NCBI GenBank assembly: GCA_002104905.1
Contig: MCFE01000007.1
Location: 186,001 to 250,000, forward strand
Length of the DNA: 64,000 nt
Source: Basidiobolus meristosporus CBS 931.73
Taxonomy: Eukaryota > Fungi > Basidiobolomycota
Direction of reading: 5' to 3'
Below the pieces are notes generated by a model. The model had not been told where the DNA came from, did not search any database, and worked only from the letters and a program-made list of their open reading frames with translations. The translations under genes and the position numbers were made by a program. This document shows positions 36,229 through 49,391 of the stretch, one piece after another. Positions within the stretch are counted from its first letter, which is position 1. Every line of letters starts with the position of its first letter.

Positions 36229-37334
36229 CTAGTTGCTACCAGTGCCATTGAATTTGGCCCATAATTTTTCAAACTCATTACGGAATCCACTGATGGCTTC
36301 CGGAGCGTTGGTAATGATGATGTTTTCTTGGTTCTGGTACCGGGCACTAAAGGTGTTCCGAGGTGAGTTTTGGTGCCGGGAGGAAGCTTGTAAATGATGC
36401 TCGCCCTTACCCTTTTGTCCAGTTGTAGGATCCATTGACAACATAGGAATCATCTACGATGGCAAACTTGTTGTGCATATGATATGTACTGGAATTACAG
36501 TTAGAAATTATCCGCCCAGATGCACTCTATCTCTGAACTACCTGCTGTCTGTACGATAAGGAATACCAAAGTCACGGTTGAGTCGAAGTACATCCGAGCC
36601 AAGAGATTTCATTTGGTCATCATCGGTGATAATTCTCACTTTCACTCCGCGCTTATGTGCGTTCGCTAGTACACTAGCCAATGAGTCGTCAGTGATGTTG
36701 AACACACACACATCCAGGGTATTCCGGGCACTCTCCAACGATTTGATGAGATTCTAAAACAAACTGGTTCATTAGGGCACGGAGGGGGGAGGCTCAAAGA
36801 TATATTACAAGTAACCTTGAAACTGTCTTCTGAAGGGAAGAATAAAGGTTTGGCATAAACGCTAGAGTTAGGATGGGCTTCGGCCGCTGGTCTAACCACT
36901 GCTGGAGGTCCACCCTGGCCGGCCACCGCGGCCCAGCTTTGGTTCGTGTTGGGATGAGGTTGTTGATGGGGTTGAGGCTGGGGCTGAGGCTGATAAGAGA
37001 CCTGCGGAGCTTGTTGACCATGGGATGCTTTGGCCAACAAGTTCTCAACAAGGACTTGCATGTAATCAAACACTGCCCGGTCGCGATCGACAGCACAAGC
37101 GTTCTTTGCCGCATTGAACAACATAGGTAGCATGGCTCTGGGATCCTGGTTGTTTGCCATTAGATGGTTCTGAAAGATCTTGCCCATCTCATTACGAGTG
37201 TTAGAGTCCAACGAAGGGGAGGCATTGAAGGTTTTTTCCACGAACTCAGGAACAGAGACCTGCCCGGCTTCCTGCACCGAGATGCTGTTGGAGGGAACCA
37301 AAAAGGGAATCAAACAGTTTAGAAAATCTGCCAT
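36229..37334 (-). CDS. Single-HKD phospholipase D-family protein (Nuc/PLD6-Zucchini-like), spliced
   Basis: LFFPSEDSF...ARNTLDVCVFNITDD...AHKRGVKVRIITDDDQ...HNKFAIVDD..V.NGSYNWT...NQENIIIT...FRNEFEKLW. N-terminal helical region plus a Q/P-rich linker. Start at 37334. Confidence 0.88.
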
Positions 37335-37870
37335 GTTAGCTGCCTGTTGGACTCTAGGAAAATGGATGAGAGCGAGTTGTGAGGTGAGGTTAGTTGACCA
37401 AAGAAGCAAATTGGGGTTGGGTTCATTCAAATAGTAACGCAGAGGCTATATTTAGAGACCCAACCAGATCACAGCGGTGAAAAAATCCCGTCGTCTCACA
37501 CTCCGCTTTGAGACATCCAAGAAAATCGATCATTGTTTGTTGTCGATTCAAGCCAATCCTAGGGATGATCAAGTGGCATGAAGGGTGGATTCTATCAATA
37601 CCGAAGTACCCGAATGTAGATTGGTTGAGACACTGTTTGTCTGATATTCCCCTGAATGCAGGGAATAGGCGGGCTCCCTTGCTATCCGCATCGTCCTTGA
37701 AATATATCTCTTCCCATAGTCGCGTCAGATAGCAATCGAAATGGCAACTGGAGGTTTCTAAAGAGCTTTAATACTGATGGAACAATTGAGTGGACTAGGT
37801 TATCTACATGTATTTTGAGTTTGAGCTGGAACGGGGGAGTAGTGGGTCATCAAAATGTATTTTACAAAGT

Positions 37871-40261
37871 CTAAGTGATGGGATGGTTGGGGTCATGACC
37901 CATGAAAAATTGGTAGATGCGCTTGGACAATGCTGGCCCAAGACGCCGTGCCGCGACACCAGCAGAAGAACGGCCAATCTAAGTGAAGACGTTATTTAGT
38001 TCTATGAGCAAGCAAGTGGCCAGCAGTAAAAAAGACATACCGCCACATCCTGAAGCATCAGTTGTGCTTCATCAGGGTTGGGCATCAATTTGTAAGCGTC
38101 GTACAGGCTCTTCAAGGTGGGATATTCATAGATAATTGACCGAGCTACATTTGGAGTGACCAGGTGGATTTGCTGCAGCATCAGCTCCCAAACCTCTTTT
38201 GCACTAGTCCCGGACTTAACCTGGCCCTCTACACAAAATTTGAGCTGAGTATTCCGTTTTCTACAAAAAGGCAAAGGTCAGAGAGAAGGGGCCAGGAAGG
38301 GTGTCTTTGAACAAATATTACTTGTAAGGAATGGTGGAGATATCCTTAATAAGAACGGCGATCATAGTATTCGTCTCTTCAATCGACTTCGTATGGACCA
38401 ACAAGCATTTCCCCACCATTTGCAGCCAGACCAGCTGTTGTTCTACTTGCTCGATGTCCGGTCCCGTACTGACATCTCCTTTCTTTGGTTTGCCTTTTCT
38501 CCTAGTGACCTTGGGCATGGGCTCCTCATCTTCATCAGTGGTTTGGGTGAGAACTTGGTTAACAAAATTCCGGGATTCCACTCGTTTTCTCTTCTTAATA
38601 AATGTGCTCAGCCCCTCAATAATCACGGCAATCCGTTTTCCGGGATGTACTTTGTAGATATCATGAATGAAGCTGTACAGTTCCTGCTTTCCGACTTTCT
38701 CTATGAAGTTTTCCCAGGTGAGAACGACAAGAATTGTCTTTTCCTCTTGAACTCTGGGCACGATGGGGATCCACATATCTTTGGCTTGATCAAACTCGGC
38801 CTGGATTCGCCGCTCGAGTTCGATGGAGTTGGGGATTTGACACGCTTTGGGGTTGACTTCAACCAGAATTTCCTCTAGGGCCACTGTAATGCCTGCTCGT
38901 TCTGTATTGCTCATAAGTGCTTCATCAATGTTGACGATCATCTCCTTGCAGCAATCCAGCTTATCGAGGCGAAGGTTGTTTACCTCCCGTAACTGACGTT
39001 CTTTGGCTTTCTCACGTTCTTTTTCTTCCTGTAAATGGTATGAAGTGCCTATTAGCGTTGTTCTGGTGTCACGTGCTGAGCAAACGAAGCCACTACCTTT
39101 TGCTGTTGCTTTTCGAGTTTTTTTGCTTCTCGTTCGAGCTTCTTTTGTTGTCTCTCATACTCCTGATGCAAAGCAACCAGTGTAGGGTAAATATGATGCC
39201 CGTTGGCCTTAGAAAAGAGTCACTTACCTTATCGGATCGCCCTACACTCTTGAGTGTACTCTCCGACTTCTTCCTTCTAGCCAACTCTCTCCTCACCCTC
39301 TCAAACTCGATCTCTTGTAGCGAGGTGTCTAATTTACGGGCCTCTCGCTCAAAGAAGGAAATTGGCTTATTCGAGGCGGCATAACGATCAGGATGCCGAG
39401 AATTCTCGTTGACTCTGGGTCTATTCTCGTCATTCACCAGCCTAAGACGTACGCAATCTGGAGATGTTCTTGAGGGTTTAGATACGCTATGCGATACGAG
39501 TTTCTGAAGGGTAAGCGATTCCAATTCTGTATCATCCAGCGGGTCGCTCGATGTAACAATTATGGTATCGTGTTTCGTTGGGGTTACGTGAAGCGAGTAA
39601 GAATCACTCGTTAGATCAAAGCTAATTTGGCCTTCAAATTCTGGAGAGTCTCTTGGGTGCAAGGATTGTCCAGGGCTGATATCGACAGTTTCATCGAAGC
39701 TGTTTTCCATAGTTAAATCAAAGTTAGCCTCTATTTCAGTAAGCTCGGAACTACGCTCGACGTAAGAAACCCGAGAGGGAGATTTTATAGGTGAGGTGAG
39801 AGGAGCCCACTTCAAGGGTGAGGTATCAAGATGAGTCTAAATCGAACAAATATTTGCTAAGGCACAGTCGCTAATGCCACAAATCTGAATCAAAGGTCTA
39901 CCTGATCCATATCTTCACTTTTCTTATAGCTTCCGGCCAGTCTACATATGCGGAACCCAGTAATTTTAGTCATAGAAGGAAATTAAATCAACACATGCTT
40001 CTACCTTCTAGACCAGGACGAGCCTAACACTTGCTTCTCTAATTCTTCCAAGTCATCCTCGTCGTCAGAGATCAGAAACAAAGGTACAGGACTAATTTGG
40101 TTGAGCTCCGCATCTGCTCGAACTCTCTTGACTGTCTCCGGAATAGTCCAGTCGTCATCTGCGTAAGCGACTGTATGGGTATGTGAGGTCTGTGGGGAAT
40201 CCAAAACTATGACCGCAGGTTCAGTTGTGCTGAGTGTAGGTTGATCGTCCGTAAAACCCAT
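37871..40261 (-). CDS. EME1: Crossover junction endonuclease non-catalytic subunit EME1/Mms4, spliced
   Basis: Disordered N-terminus and coiled coil (39093-39815). ERCC4-like exon (EKTILVVL...LVWLQM...DISTIPYK). C-terminal HhH-like region (WELMLQQIHLVTPNVARSIIYEYPTLKSLYDAY; RRLGPALSKRIYQFF). Confidence 0.82.
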
Positions 40262-41069
40262 GACTAAACGGGGTTTGGCGAAAGGAGATTTCAGGGAGGG
40301 GACGAGAAGCTTGGTGCTCCAACCCTATAGTCTAGCTTGATTTTTTAGCGGACTGTTTGTTTTGATTTTCCCCCGTTTTGATCCTATTCATTCACATCAC
40401 TTAAATTAAACAAGATCGATCTTTTCGAGGTAGTAACTTTAGTCAACTCAACAGATGGCTTTTACGCATCTTATGGGTGTCAATGAGAGTTACAGATCAA
40501 TGATTGATTCCCCATTGCACTGGGAGATCACCTGGTTGAGCTGGCCTAGCCATCTGATCGGAGAGGGGCTCCTCGGAATTGGATATCTGAAACCATATCA
40601 CCTGGATGGTATGATCACTTGAACTGTGTTTATTTTCTGCACCTCCGATTGGTATTCGCTATGGGCTCTATCAACTATTGAGGCAAACCGCATTGGGCGA
40701 GTTCAAGGTGAATCACTTGTCTGACACATGACAAGTTACAAAGTCATATTGCTAATGAACACCATGGAGGGTCAACTCAGGCTGGCCACAGAGCCGATGG
40801 CCATTTCATAGATAGTACTGCATGACTGACATACCAACGACGGTAACAAAATACATAGTGTTTACCACTTCATTATGTACGGCAAGCCATACACAAGCTC
40901 ATCCGAGGGTCAGAGCTATCTGCGCAGAGAACGTTTACTCTCAATAAATGGATAGGAGAAATGGCCGAGGAGCCCATAGGCAGAGGATACACTATTGAAA
41001 AGAGCTGGCGTGTTGCTCCGCAAGATGATAGAGTAAAGAGTCTACTCACTCTCGTCTCAGTGGCTTTGC

Positions 41070-42149
41070 TCAAACTACCTTCGAGAGTTCTTTATTCTTC
41101 TTGTCGGAGAAGTATTTTTTATGGAGAACAGGGGATATGGCCAACAGTGATGTTACGACAATGGTGGCAATGGTGGTAAAGTTAAAGAAAGTGAGTTTCG
41201 CTCCCGCCGATAATTGGTGCAAGGCCAACCCCGCCTGCACATGCAGATACGACAATGGACCAACGCCTATGCAAAACGCATGTTAGCTCCTTGTTGTGGT
41301 GTGCTGCTACGCAATCTCCAATCACTTACCCAAAGATGTTCCGAAAAAGAATGGCCAAACCGGAACATCCAAATGTGGCGATGCTATGTTAATAAACCAG
41401 TTTGGGCAGATCGGTGCAATACGTAGAAACATGATAAAGTTAAACAGATGGTCACGTTCATCGTAAACCTATGCCACTTGTTAGTAGAAAGCAGTAGATA
41501 GCTAGAATGTGACTTGATATACACCTTGCCTCGCCAATGTTCTAACTTGCTACTAAAGTATGTTCTTATAATATCCCTACCAAGGTAGCGTGACAACAAG
41601 TAGCAAAAGGTCGCTCCGATTCCTGAGCACTATAGGCGATTTCTTTGTTAGACAAACAGGAACTCCACTGTTTACGACAGTAGAAAATGTGTACCAAACA
41701 GACGAGAAATAAAGCCAACCACGGAGAGAAAATGGCACCGGAGAGAACGCTCAACCACATGCTTCCCGGAACAGCAAAGGCTTGTAAACTACAGAAACGG
41801 TCAATCGACCAGGGGGTCTAGGTATTGAGGAGGAATCATACGTACTATATGTATAGAACCCCATACGCAATCATCACTTGTTCCTCATGTTTTTTCATAA
41901 TTGCAGTTAGCTCTACGGCCAGCTCACGCAAATCTGAAACATCTCTTGGCATTCTCAGGGAATGCTGAAGGCTACAAGCACAAGAAGGTAAGCAGTGTGG
42001 TTTGTCCCACAGTCAGGGAGAGTCCGTTACCCTTGGTTTAAGACACAAGTTTTTAACACAGAATAGACCACCCCGCTGGAAACCAGAAAAGCGGCAGCCA
42101 ACAGAAATAATGCTTTTATGTTGTGCTGAATCGAAGATTTCGTTGCCAT
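41070..42149 (-). CDS. TMEM41B: TMEM41/VTT (SNARE-associated, DedA-like) membrane protein, about 6 exons, poorly covered by the ORF track
   Basis: Spliced translation: MATKSSIQHNIKALFLLAAAFLV...MPRDVSDLRELA...LYIY|LQAFAVPGSMWLSVLSGAIF...ATFCYLLSRYLGR...FLRIAPICPNWFINIASPHLDVPVWPFFFGT...SYLHVQAG. These are diagnostic VTT motifs. Confidence 0.85.
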
Positions 42150-43199
42150 CGTGTGTTTCGTATATATACTTTGTACGGACTCCGCTGAGTAATATAGTAT
42201 CTAGAGGTAGCAGAGGGAGGGGTGGTAGTGGCTTAGTGAAAAAGAGCGTTGCTTGCTCGAGCAGTAAAAATACCCGGATAAGAAGGAATTTCTTTTTATT
42301 TATCCCCCCTTCCCCTACATCTCTAATGTATTTACTCCTAATTGCTCCAATGCTATTCGAATATTTACACAAATCAGCGCTAATTCATCCACAGGCTACG
42401 ATCCGGACTCAACTAATCGAGCCCTTTGTTTCCTTGAGTGCACTGATGTTGTTGCTACACTTGGCATCACCAAGGCCCGCCGAAGTTCCCCAGACACAGT
42501 TCTCTAGAGATGGATGGATGCCGTTTAGGTATTAGTGCGACACAGCCAGCATACAGACAAGGATCATATGGATTCCATAATCATCAAGATGATCAGTCGA
42601 CGGCATGCTCCATCCGCGGTTGATTCAATTACCAAACCAGTGATGCCAACCCCCTGCGAAATAATTTGGAGCATCTGGACCAAGTGGTTCGAACCATCTA
42701 GAAATGGCGATGCTGCTCAATGGCATCATGTGATGGTCAGGGTGTTTGAAAATGAGGGGCTGAGTACTCAGACAGCATTAGACAAAAATCCAGAGTTGAT
42801 GCATTAACCACAAGAGGAAATCGTCATCTTGATGGACCACGTAAACTGCCACTATGTGATAGAATCAGCTAATTAACCTCCCAGGAATTACGCATTTTAT
42901 GATGCACGTGAGAACTGCGCTACGTAATTCCCAGCCATTGTTTACCGTGAAAAGAAGGTATCGACATTTAACTACTGGGATAGATGGGTGTGAGACGGAA
43001 TTGGAACTACCGCAGAATACGTCAACTGAATTGGTGACATGTCGGTCGTAAGCCCATGGAGTTCCTCAGCAGGTTTCATTATGAGTTTTGGGAAGTATAA
43101 AGAGGCAGATTCTCCCTTGACGCTAGGAAAAACATTAACAATACTACTACACAACAAGTTCTGTATCTACACCCCATCCCACCTCCTTTCCAAGCTAAC

Positions 43200-43415
43200 A
43201 TGACCCCACCTGAAAAAAAGAACACTGAACAGAACAACAACCACGATCGCCACCTGTCCCGCAACGGTGCTCCAGTCGACCCAAAGTCCCTGAAAAAGCA
43301 AGGTGCCGGCCGTGGAAACTGGGGAACATACGAAGATGAGATTGAAGATGCATTGCACGATGCACCCTCCGGCCAGAAGAACCCCAGCAAAATCAATGTT
43401 GTTCGCAAAGATTAG
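43200..43415 (+). CDS. Small Stf2/Tma10-like (HABP4/PAI-RBP1-related) hydrophilic protein, 71 aa
   Basis: Motif DRHLSR...KKQGAGRGNWG..EDE. Upstream tataaa at ~43096. Confidence 0.75.
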   Translation: MTPPEKKNTEQNNNHDRHLSRNGAPVDPKSLKKQGAGRGNWGTYEDEIEDALHDAPSGQKNPSKINVVRKD

Positions 43416-44637
43416 CTAGTAGCCGATGGCAATTGCTCCGCGCACCTCAGACTAATGTAAAAACAACCTTATTCCTTCCTATTACTTATGTACATTGAGG
43501 AAATCTTCGAATAAACTGTTATAGCTATACTACATTAATCGATGCCATCCCATACACGAATGGGTTAATAATAATGGTTGCTTAGAAATGCTACCTGTGT
43601 CGAGCCTGTGGATATATGTTGAATATTCTACTTAACCAGGGATTAGTCAAGTCCAATCCCAAGGTTAAAATATCTAATCGAGAAGCTAATCACCCTGGAG
43701 CGTCATAGCACATACACAGTAAGGTCAAGATGGCTCAATTATTGACCCTTAGAATCTCACTAGTTCACAAAGAACCTTGCATTCCAAACAATTCTACCCC
43801 ACCTCTAATTAGTAGCAGGTATTAAAAATAGCTCCAACTACGACCTGCCAATGAGTACATACACCTTCTGAAATGAGTGATGACGGATGCAATCTATCCC
43901 AGATTATTACGAGCAGTTCATATCGTCAGGTGATACAATGTGGGCAGCCTTGCATCGCAATACATGCAATCGCATAAACTACGATAGTGTATATTGCAGT
44001 CAAACTCGACACAAAATCAACCAACATCGTACGAAATAAATGCAGAATAATATTGGCATCAATCAATATCGGATCGGGGGAGTAATTGGCTGTGTATGAA
44101 TTCAATGAAGGCCTACAAGAAACCAAGAAAAACCGGTTTTGGATACCCACTTTGGCCACCAATGAGCAATGTCTAGAAAACCCCCGCGATCGGTTAGCTC
44201 GATGCAAATAGTGCCAATTGTGTGTTACATTGACAGGACTCGCTCGCCTAGCATGAGCGAATATAATCTAGTCGCTTAGATTCGTGTCACAAGGAGTTAC
44301 GCTAGAATTCAAGCAAAGTAGGTATTCACAAGAGCTAATTTACTCATTTAGATGAAACTTGCTCTCAGAATGTTAAAGGTGAGTTCAGTTTGCCATATTA
44401 CGAACAAGAACCTGGGCTGTTGAGCTGCAGTACAATCTGGATGAGTTGCTGAATGATAAGCTTCTGTTGATTCAAGTGTAACCTACTTTGGCACCGTGGA
44501 CACACAGTAAGCAAGTGAGGATTGACATAAAAAGGGTGATCCATCTTCATAGTGAACCAGTTCCTACTGCTCATTCATCTTCTCCATTTCATTTCTCGAA
44601 GAGATTTCCAACCAACTTCAGTCCCAACATTTGGAAA

Positions 44638-45427
44638 ATGATCAGTATCAAATTAATCAGCACTGCTCTTGCTGCTCTCTTAGTGTTCGTCACATTGGCC
44701 GAGGCTCATTCTTGGGTAGACTGCATGGATTGGAGATTCAAGAATCCCTCGAAGAAGAGCTTCGACGATAATGCCGGTGACTGCTATGGCTTCGCCCGTC
44801 GTTTCCCAGTGAAACAGAAGGGCGGAAAATACATTGGTCAATATGCCTTTGGTTCCCTTGACTCTACTGGCGCAAGTCGCCACTACAAACAAAACGAGAA
44901 GAGCCCTGGTATGTACAATACCACACAACTTCAAATCATTTATGCTATAGAGCCTAATCATCATCGTTCAATCTGTAGATACATGGCCTGCTTGTTCAAC
45001 TGGCAAACGTCTCGGTGGTGATGAGGAGGTTGGTACCGATGAAACCAAAGCCAACCCAGTGACCAAAGCCTATGGAGGCAAGTGGGGACCAATTACTGTT
45101 GCCAAAGCTGGCCAACAGCTCTGTGTCCGCTGGCCCGCAAAGAACCATAAGAACGAGCCAAACAATATTGTCTACATTAACATGCCCCCTTCCCCAACCT
45201 CCAAGGACCCTACCCAAAAGGAATTGAACAAGTGGAACATTGCTAAGCTCCAATACGGCAACTGCTTCTCCGGCGGCTCCGACAAGGCTCGTTGCGGTGG
45301 TTGCTTCACCATCCCCAAGGATCGCAAGCCTGGAGACTACCTCATCCAATGGAGATGGATGCTCAAGGGTGATGATGGCAAGGCAGAATGGTACACATCC
45401 TGTTCTGACGTCCAAGTCACCAAATAA
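44638..45427 (+). CDS. Secreted His1 copper-protein / LPMO-like family, paralogue A (239 aa, no tail)
   Basis: Exons 44638-44908 and 44979-45427. Signal peptide ...LAEA then HSWVDC; WPAKNH; GDYLIQWRW; EWYTSCSDV; 8 Cys. Confidence 0.88.
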
Positions 45428-46330
45428 GCATTATCTTGCAGTAGTTCATGAGACATGGCATTAATAAGTAGTCATCTATCTAATTAGTCTAATAGTACGT
45501 AATACGGTTTTGAACGAACAGGTGTCGCATCTATATTTCCTTGCATAATACATTTGGCTGTCCCCCTCCTAGCCGTAATCAAATAAATGCCTGGTTTAAT
45601 TTAGCCTCTTGAATTTGCATCGTCCATCTGGTTTGTGCTATTTGAGGATGAATGCTATTTCCGACAAGTATCCACTAAACATAGCTGGAAATCCAAGTCA
45701 CGGAAATAGGATCATATCCTAACCTACCTGAGACACGTCAGGGATCTGCGGTATGGCTATTTATACAAATTTGACCGTTAATCAGCCAACCTTCATCCTT
45801 GGGTGCACAATTATGATACATGGGTGTGCCAAGTCGAAGGTCCTGCGACGGACTATTATCTAGGAAGACAAACACACACGTTCTTCAGGGAGCATCAATA
45901 CCCAATTGTAGTGGAGGCACACTTATTGTGATGGTGAGATATGATATTTACGCAAGTAGCTTGCTTTCGAACAGAGCTCCACAGGTCTTAAATAGCGAAT
46001 ATCATGGGATTAATACTGATATATTGAAAAATCAACCTCACGTTTTGGTAATAAGTTTTTATTCTTGCAATGGAGTGCGAAGCAATCATAGAGAGTACGA
46101 GACGTGGCATATAAGATCGTCAGGTTATCATTTATTGCTTTGCAGGTGTTAGAAAATATATACTGTCAATGGGCCATGCCATATTCTCTTGGGATACAGC
46201 CCATCGAGTATCAAATAAACCAAGTTATATAAGAGAATGTTGAATTTGAAGATACAATCGAGTCTTTTTTTGGGTAAATTGATTGGGGCAACACTTGGGA
46301 ATCCTTCATCTTTGTCCGTAGATGGCCAAG

Positions 46331-47491
46331 TTATCTTCTGAACAACTTGATGTTGCGACGAAGGTTATAGACGGATTCCTGATTGTAGGAGCGTTTGAAT
46401 CTCCTGTCATCCTCATCGTCATTGCCGTTCTTGCCTTGTCGATTTCCTCTACCACTGTTGTGGCGATTTCTCCCACCATTGCGATGGCCCTTACCATCAT
46501 TCCCATTGTCATTCTCGTCATCATTGGACTGTGTTGGCTTGGCCGGGCGCGATTTGGTGGTGGTAGGGGCTTCATTATTGTCCCCATCTGTATTGGTGCT
46601 CGTAGGTTGTTTGCTATTTCCCTTGTTACCCGAGGGTGTGGGTGTAGGTGTAGATGAGGAGGTTGCCCTACCTGGGGCATTCCCACCATTGCCATTGGTG
46701 ATACGGACATCCGAGCAGGATGTGTACCATTCTGGAACATTGTCGGAGCCATTCAGCTTCCATCTCCACTGGATCAGGTAGTCACCAGGACCTCGATTCT
46801 CTGGAATGGTGAAACAACCACCACAGCGAGCCTTGTCAGAGCCACCAGAGAAGCAGTTGCCATAATCCAGCTTGGCAATAGTCCACTGGTTGAGCTGGCG
46901 CTGAGTGGGATCCTGGCCCATTGGGGTTGGGGGCATATTTATATACACTATGTTGTTTGGCTCATCTTTGTGGTTCTTGGCTGGCCAGCGTACACACAAT
47001 TGTTGACCAGCCTTAGCTACAGTCATTGGGCCCCACTTTCCTTGGCCATACGCTCCGTCCACAGGGCTAGCCTTAGTCTCGTCGGACCCAACCTCTTCAC
47101 CTTCGCCGCCTTTGATGGCCTTTCCAGTAGAGCAAGCAGGCCAGTCATCTATAGCGGGAAATGAATGGAATATTAGTCGTTGTTTCTTACTACTTTGTCA
47201 TATAATAGCAATAAAATTACCTGGATGTTTTTCGGATTGCTTGTAGTGACGGTTTGGGCTGGTACTGTCCAGAGTACCGAATGCATATCTGGGAGATATT
47301 TGGTTTCCATCATACTTGACGGGGAATCGACGTGCATACCCTGCGCAAGTTCCTTCAGCGTCATCAAAGCTCTGCTTGCTTCCTTTAAACCTCCAGTCCA
47401 TGCAATCGACCCAGGAATGGGCTTCAATCAATGCGGGTAGCATCATGACGGTGCTAGCAATTGAGGCGACGATGAGTTTAGCGTTGACCAT
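46331..47491 (-). CDS. Secreted His1 copper-protein / LPMO-like family, paralogue B (362 aa, long G/N/D/R-rich tail)
   Basis: Exons 47491-47221 and 47148-46331. ...LIEA then HSWVDC, with the same core motifs and the same intron position as paralogue A. Confidence 0.88.
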
Positions 47492-49323
47492 GTTGGAATA
47501 CTGGCGGTTTGTCAGTAGAAGAGTTCTCCAGTGAGTGAAGGTAGTGCTTTGCAGTTAGAAGATATTCCAAGATTCGGTTGACCAGCGACCTTTGTTCCCT
47601 TGGTAGAATGGAAGACAAAATATTTGATGTCCTTAATGTCAGGCAGCAAGGGTTATATATACGTTGTAGTGGTGGGTAGAATTCTCAAATTTCAATACAA
47701 ACTCAAATCAATGATTCCCTCCAATAGATAAGCTTATCGAGCCATTGTCTGGAGTTTGGTGGAAATTGAGTTTGCGCCCTTTAATCACCCCCAACCAAAG
47801 AGGCATTAAACAACCTTCTAAATATATTCTATTCCCTGACAACGAACCCAATTGCACTTGACGATTAAATCGGCATTTTAGTCGAAATCAATAGGATTCA
47901 ATGACCCTCCAGTATACCAGTTTTCACTGTCCAGCGTAGTTTACACGCTGTTTGGCCATCCAATCAATGAGTACGGTTTCTATTAAATCATAAACTTACA
48001 ATTTAATAGTTGTCATCGAACTTTCCTTAATTATCTATCGACTCTGAAGAGGTACTACTTCTCCCGTATTGTGATGGCTTCCCTCTCAGTCTCACCCATT
48101 GTTTGTCCTACGCTAATGTATAGATTGGGTTTGGATAGGTCTTGAGGTTCCATTCTCAAATCCCCTAGAAGTCGGGTCATCAATTCATATATGGCCGTGA
48201 ATCCTTTACGCCCAAGTATCCTAGTCTTACTTTCAACTGGATCATAAGCCACTTGTAAAGAAGCCCTAATATAAGGTTTGAGAGCCATGGTACACAAGCA
48301 TAGCAAACTGGATTCTGGTGCTACAGCCGACATGCAAGATTGATTGCTATTATCTGGAAAAAATCGATGCTAGCTTCCACTTAAGGGAATTCAGCACATG
48401 GTGATGGTGCTCATCCCTACCATTATTAGTATAAGCCCAATAGAGGCCGTGGTACCACCATCTCATAAAGAGACTGGCCCAGCATTATTCTGGGAAGGGA
48501 AGTACTCAGACAAGGAAATGGTGTGAGATTGGTAACCCTAGAATGATATCTGGCGATTCAATCGGTAAGCGCAGCTTACAGCTGGAAACCGAAACTCAAA
48601 ATCACCTTGCTCCTTCAAGTAGGAATAACGAGAAAGCCTTGTTTTCATTATATCGTTGTACAACCTCTCAGCTAGGATATACGTGGGCTTGATAAAGACA
48701 TGCTGTGACACAGGTCACCCACCGCAATTATTCAAACACCATGGGGCAGTTCTTTGACTGAAAAACTGCACATTGCGGTATTCCGGGTGGGAAAACTTAT
48801 GGTTAGTTATTACTCATTCCAGTGGCGATATACACCTGTCAGACAACTATCATGCTTCTCAGGGACCCTATTTCTCAGATAAGTCACATCTTAATTGTAC
48901 AAACCCCAGGATACATCTTTTCTAATCTGTGGAACATTTTCCAAGAACTCGCCATTTTTTAATATGGTGGAGGAGGACTTACGAATTCATTCCGCGACCT
49001 ATCTACTTGCTTAACGGCTAACAGAACAGAGTAAAGCAATATCGAGTGCACCGATATGCCCAACCTCAATGGCCAGGATCCCACTCAGCGCCAGCTCAAC
49101 CAGTGGACTATTGCCAAGCTGGATTATGGCAACTGCTTCTCTGGTGGCTCTGACAAGGCTCGCTGTGGTGGTTGTTTCACCATTCCAGAGAATCGAGGTC
49201 CTGGTGACTACCTGATCCAGTGGAGATGGAAGCTGAATGGCTCCGACAATGTTCCAGAATGGTACACATCCTGCTCGGATGTCCGTATCACCAATGGCAA
49301 TGGTGGGAATGCCCCAGGTAGGG
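46666..49323. repeat. 253-bp perfect inverted repeat (arms 46666-46918 and 49071-49323, ~2.15 kb spacer)
   Basis: Base-by-base comparison by eye, from ggccaggatcccactcagcg to gccccaggtaggg, found no mismatch. Confidence 0.85.
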
Positions 49324-49391
49324 AAACTTCCTCACCCACTACCTTAACCTCACCCTTACCTAACATTACCCACCCTTACATCTTCAGGTAA
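49053..49391 (+). pseudogene. 5'-truncated fragment of paralogue B (3' half of the core domain plus a diverged, frameshifted tail)
   Basis: No signal peptide, no His1 and no WPAKNH. 49071-49323 is the reverse complement of 46666-46918, and similarity decays on both sides. Confidence 0.85.

Noticed and set aside
25357-37334. Idea that the EXD1-like fusion and the Zucchini-like PLD form a piRNA-like gene cluster
   Set aside because: They are 9 kb apart and separated by unrelated housekeeping genes, no PIWI/Argonaute is present, and eukaryotic adjacency alone is weak evidence.
42002-42535. 177-aa plus-strand ORF and 119-aa minus-strand ORF (42013-42372)
   Set aside because: They overlap the first exon and promoter of the TMEM41-like gene and have no recognisable motifs.
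48055-48333. 92-aa ORF inside the inverted-repeat spacer, considered as a recombinase or transposase
   Set aside because: No serine/tyrosine recombinase or DDE motifs are recognisable, so there is no evidence for a dedicated invertase.
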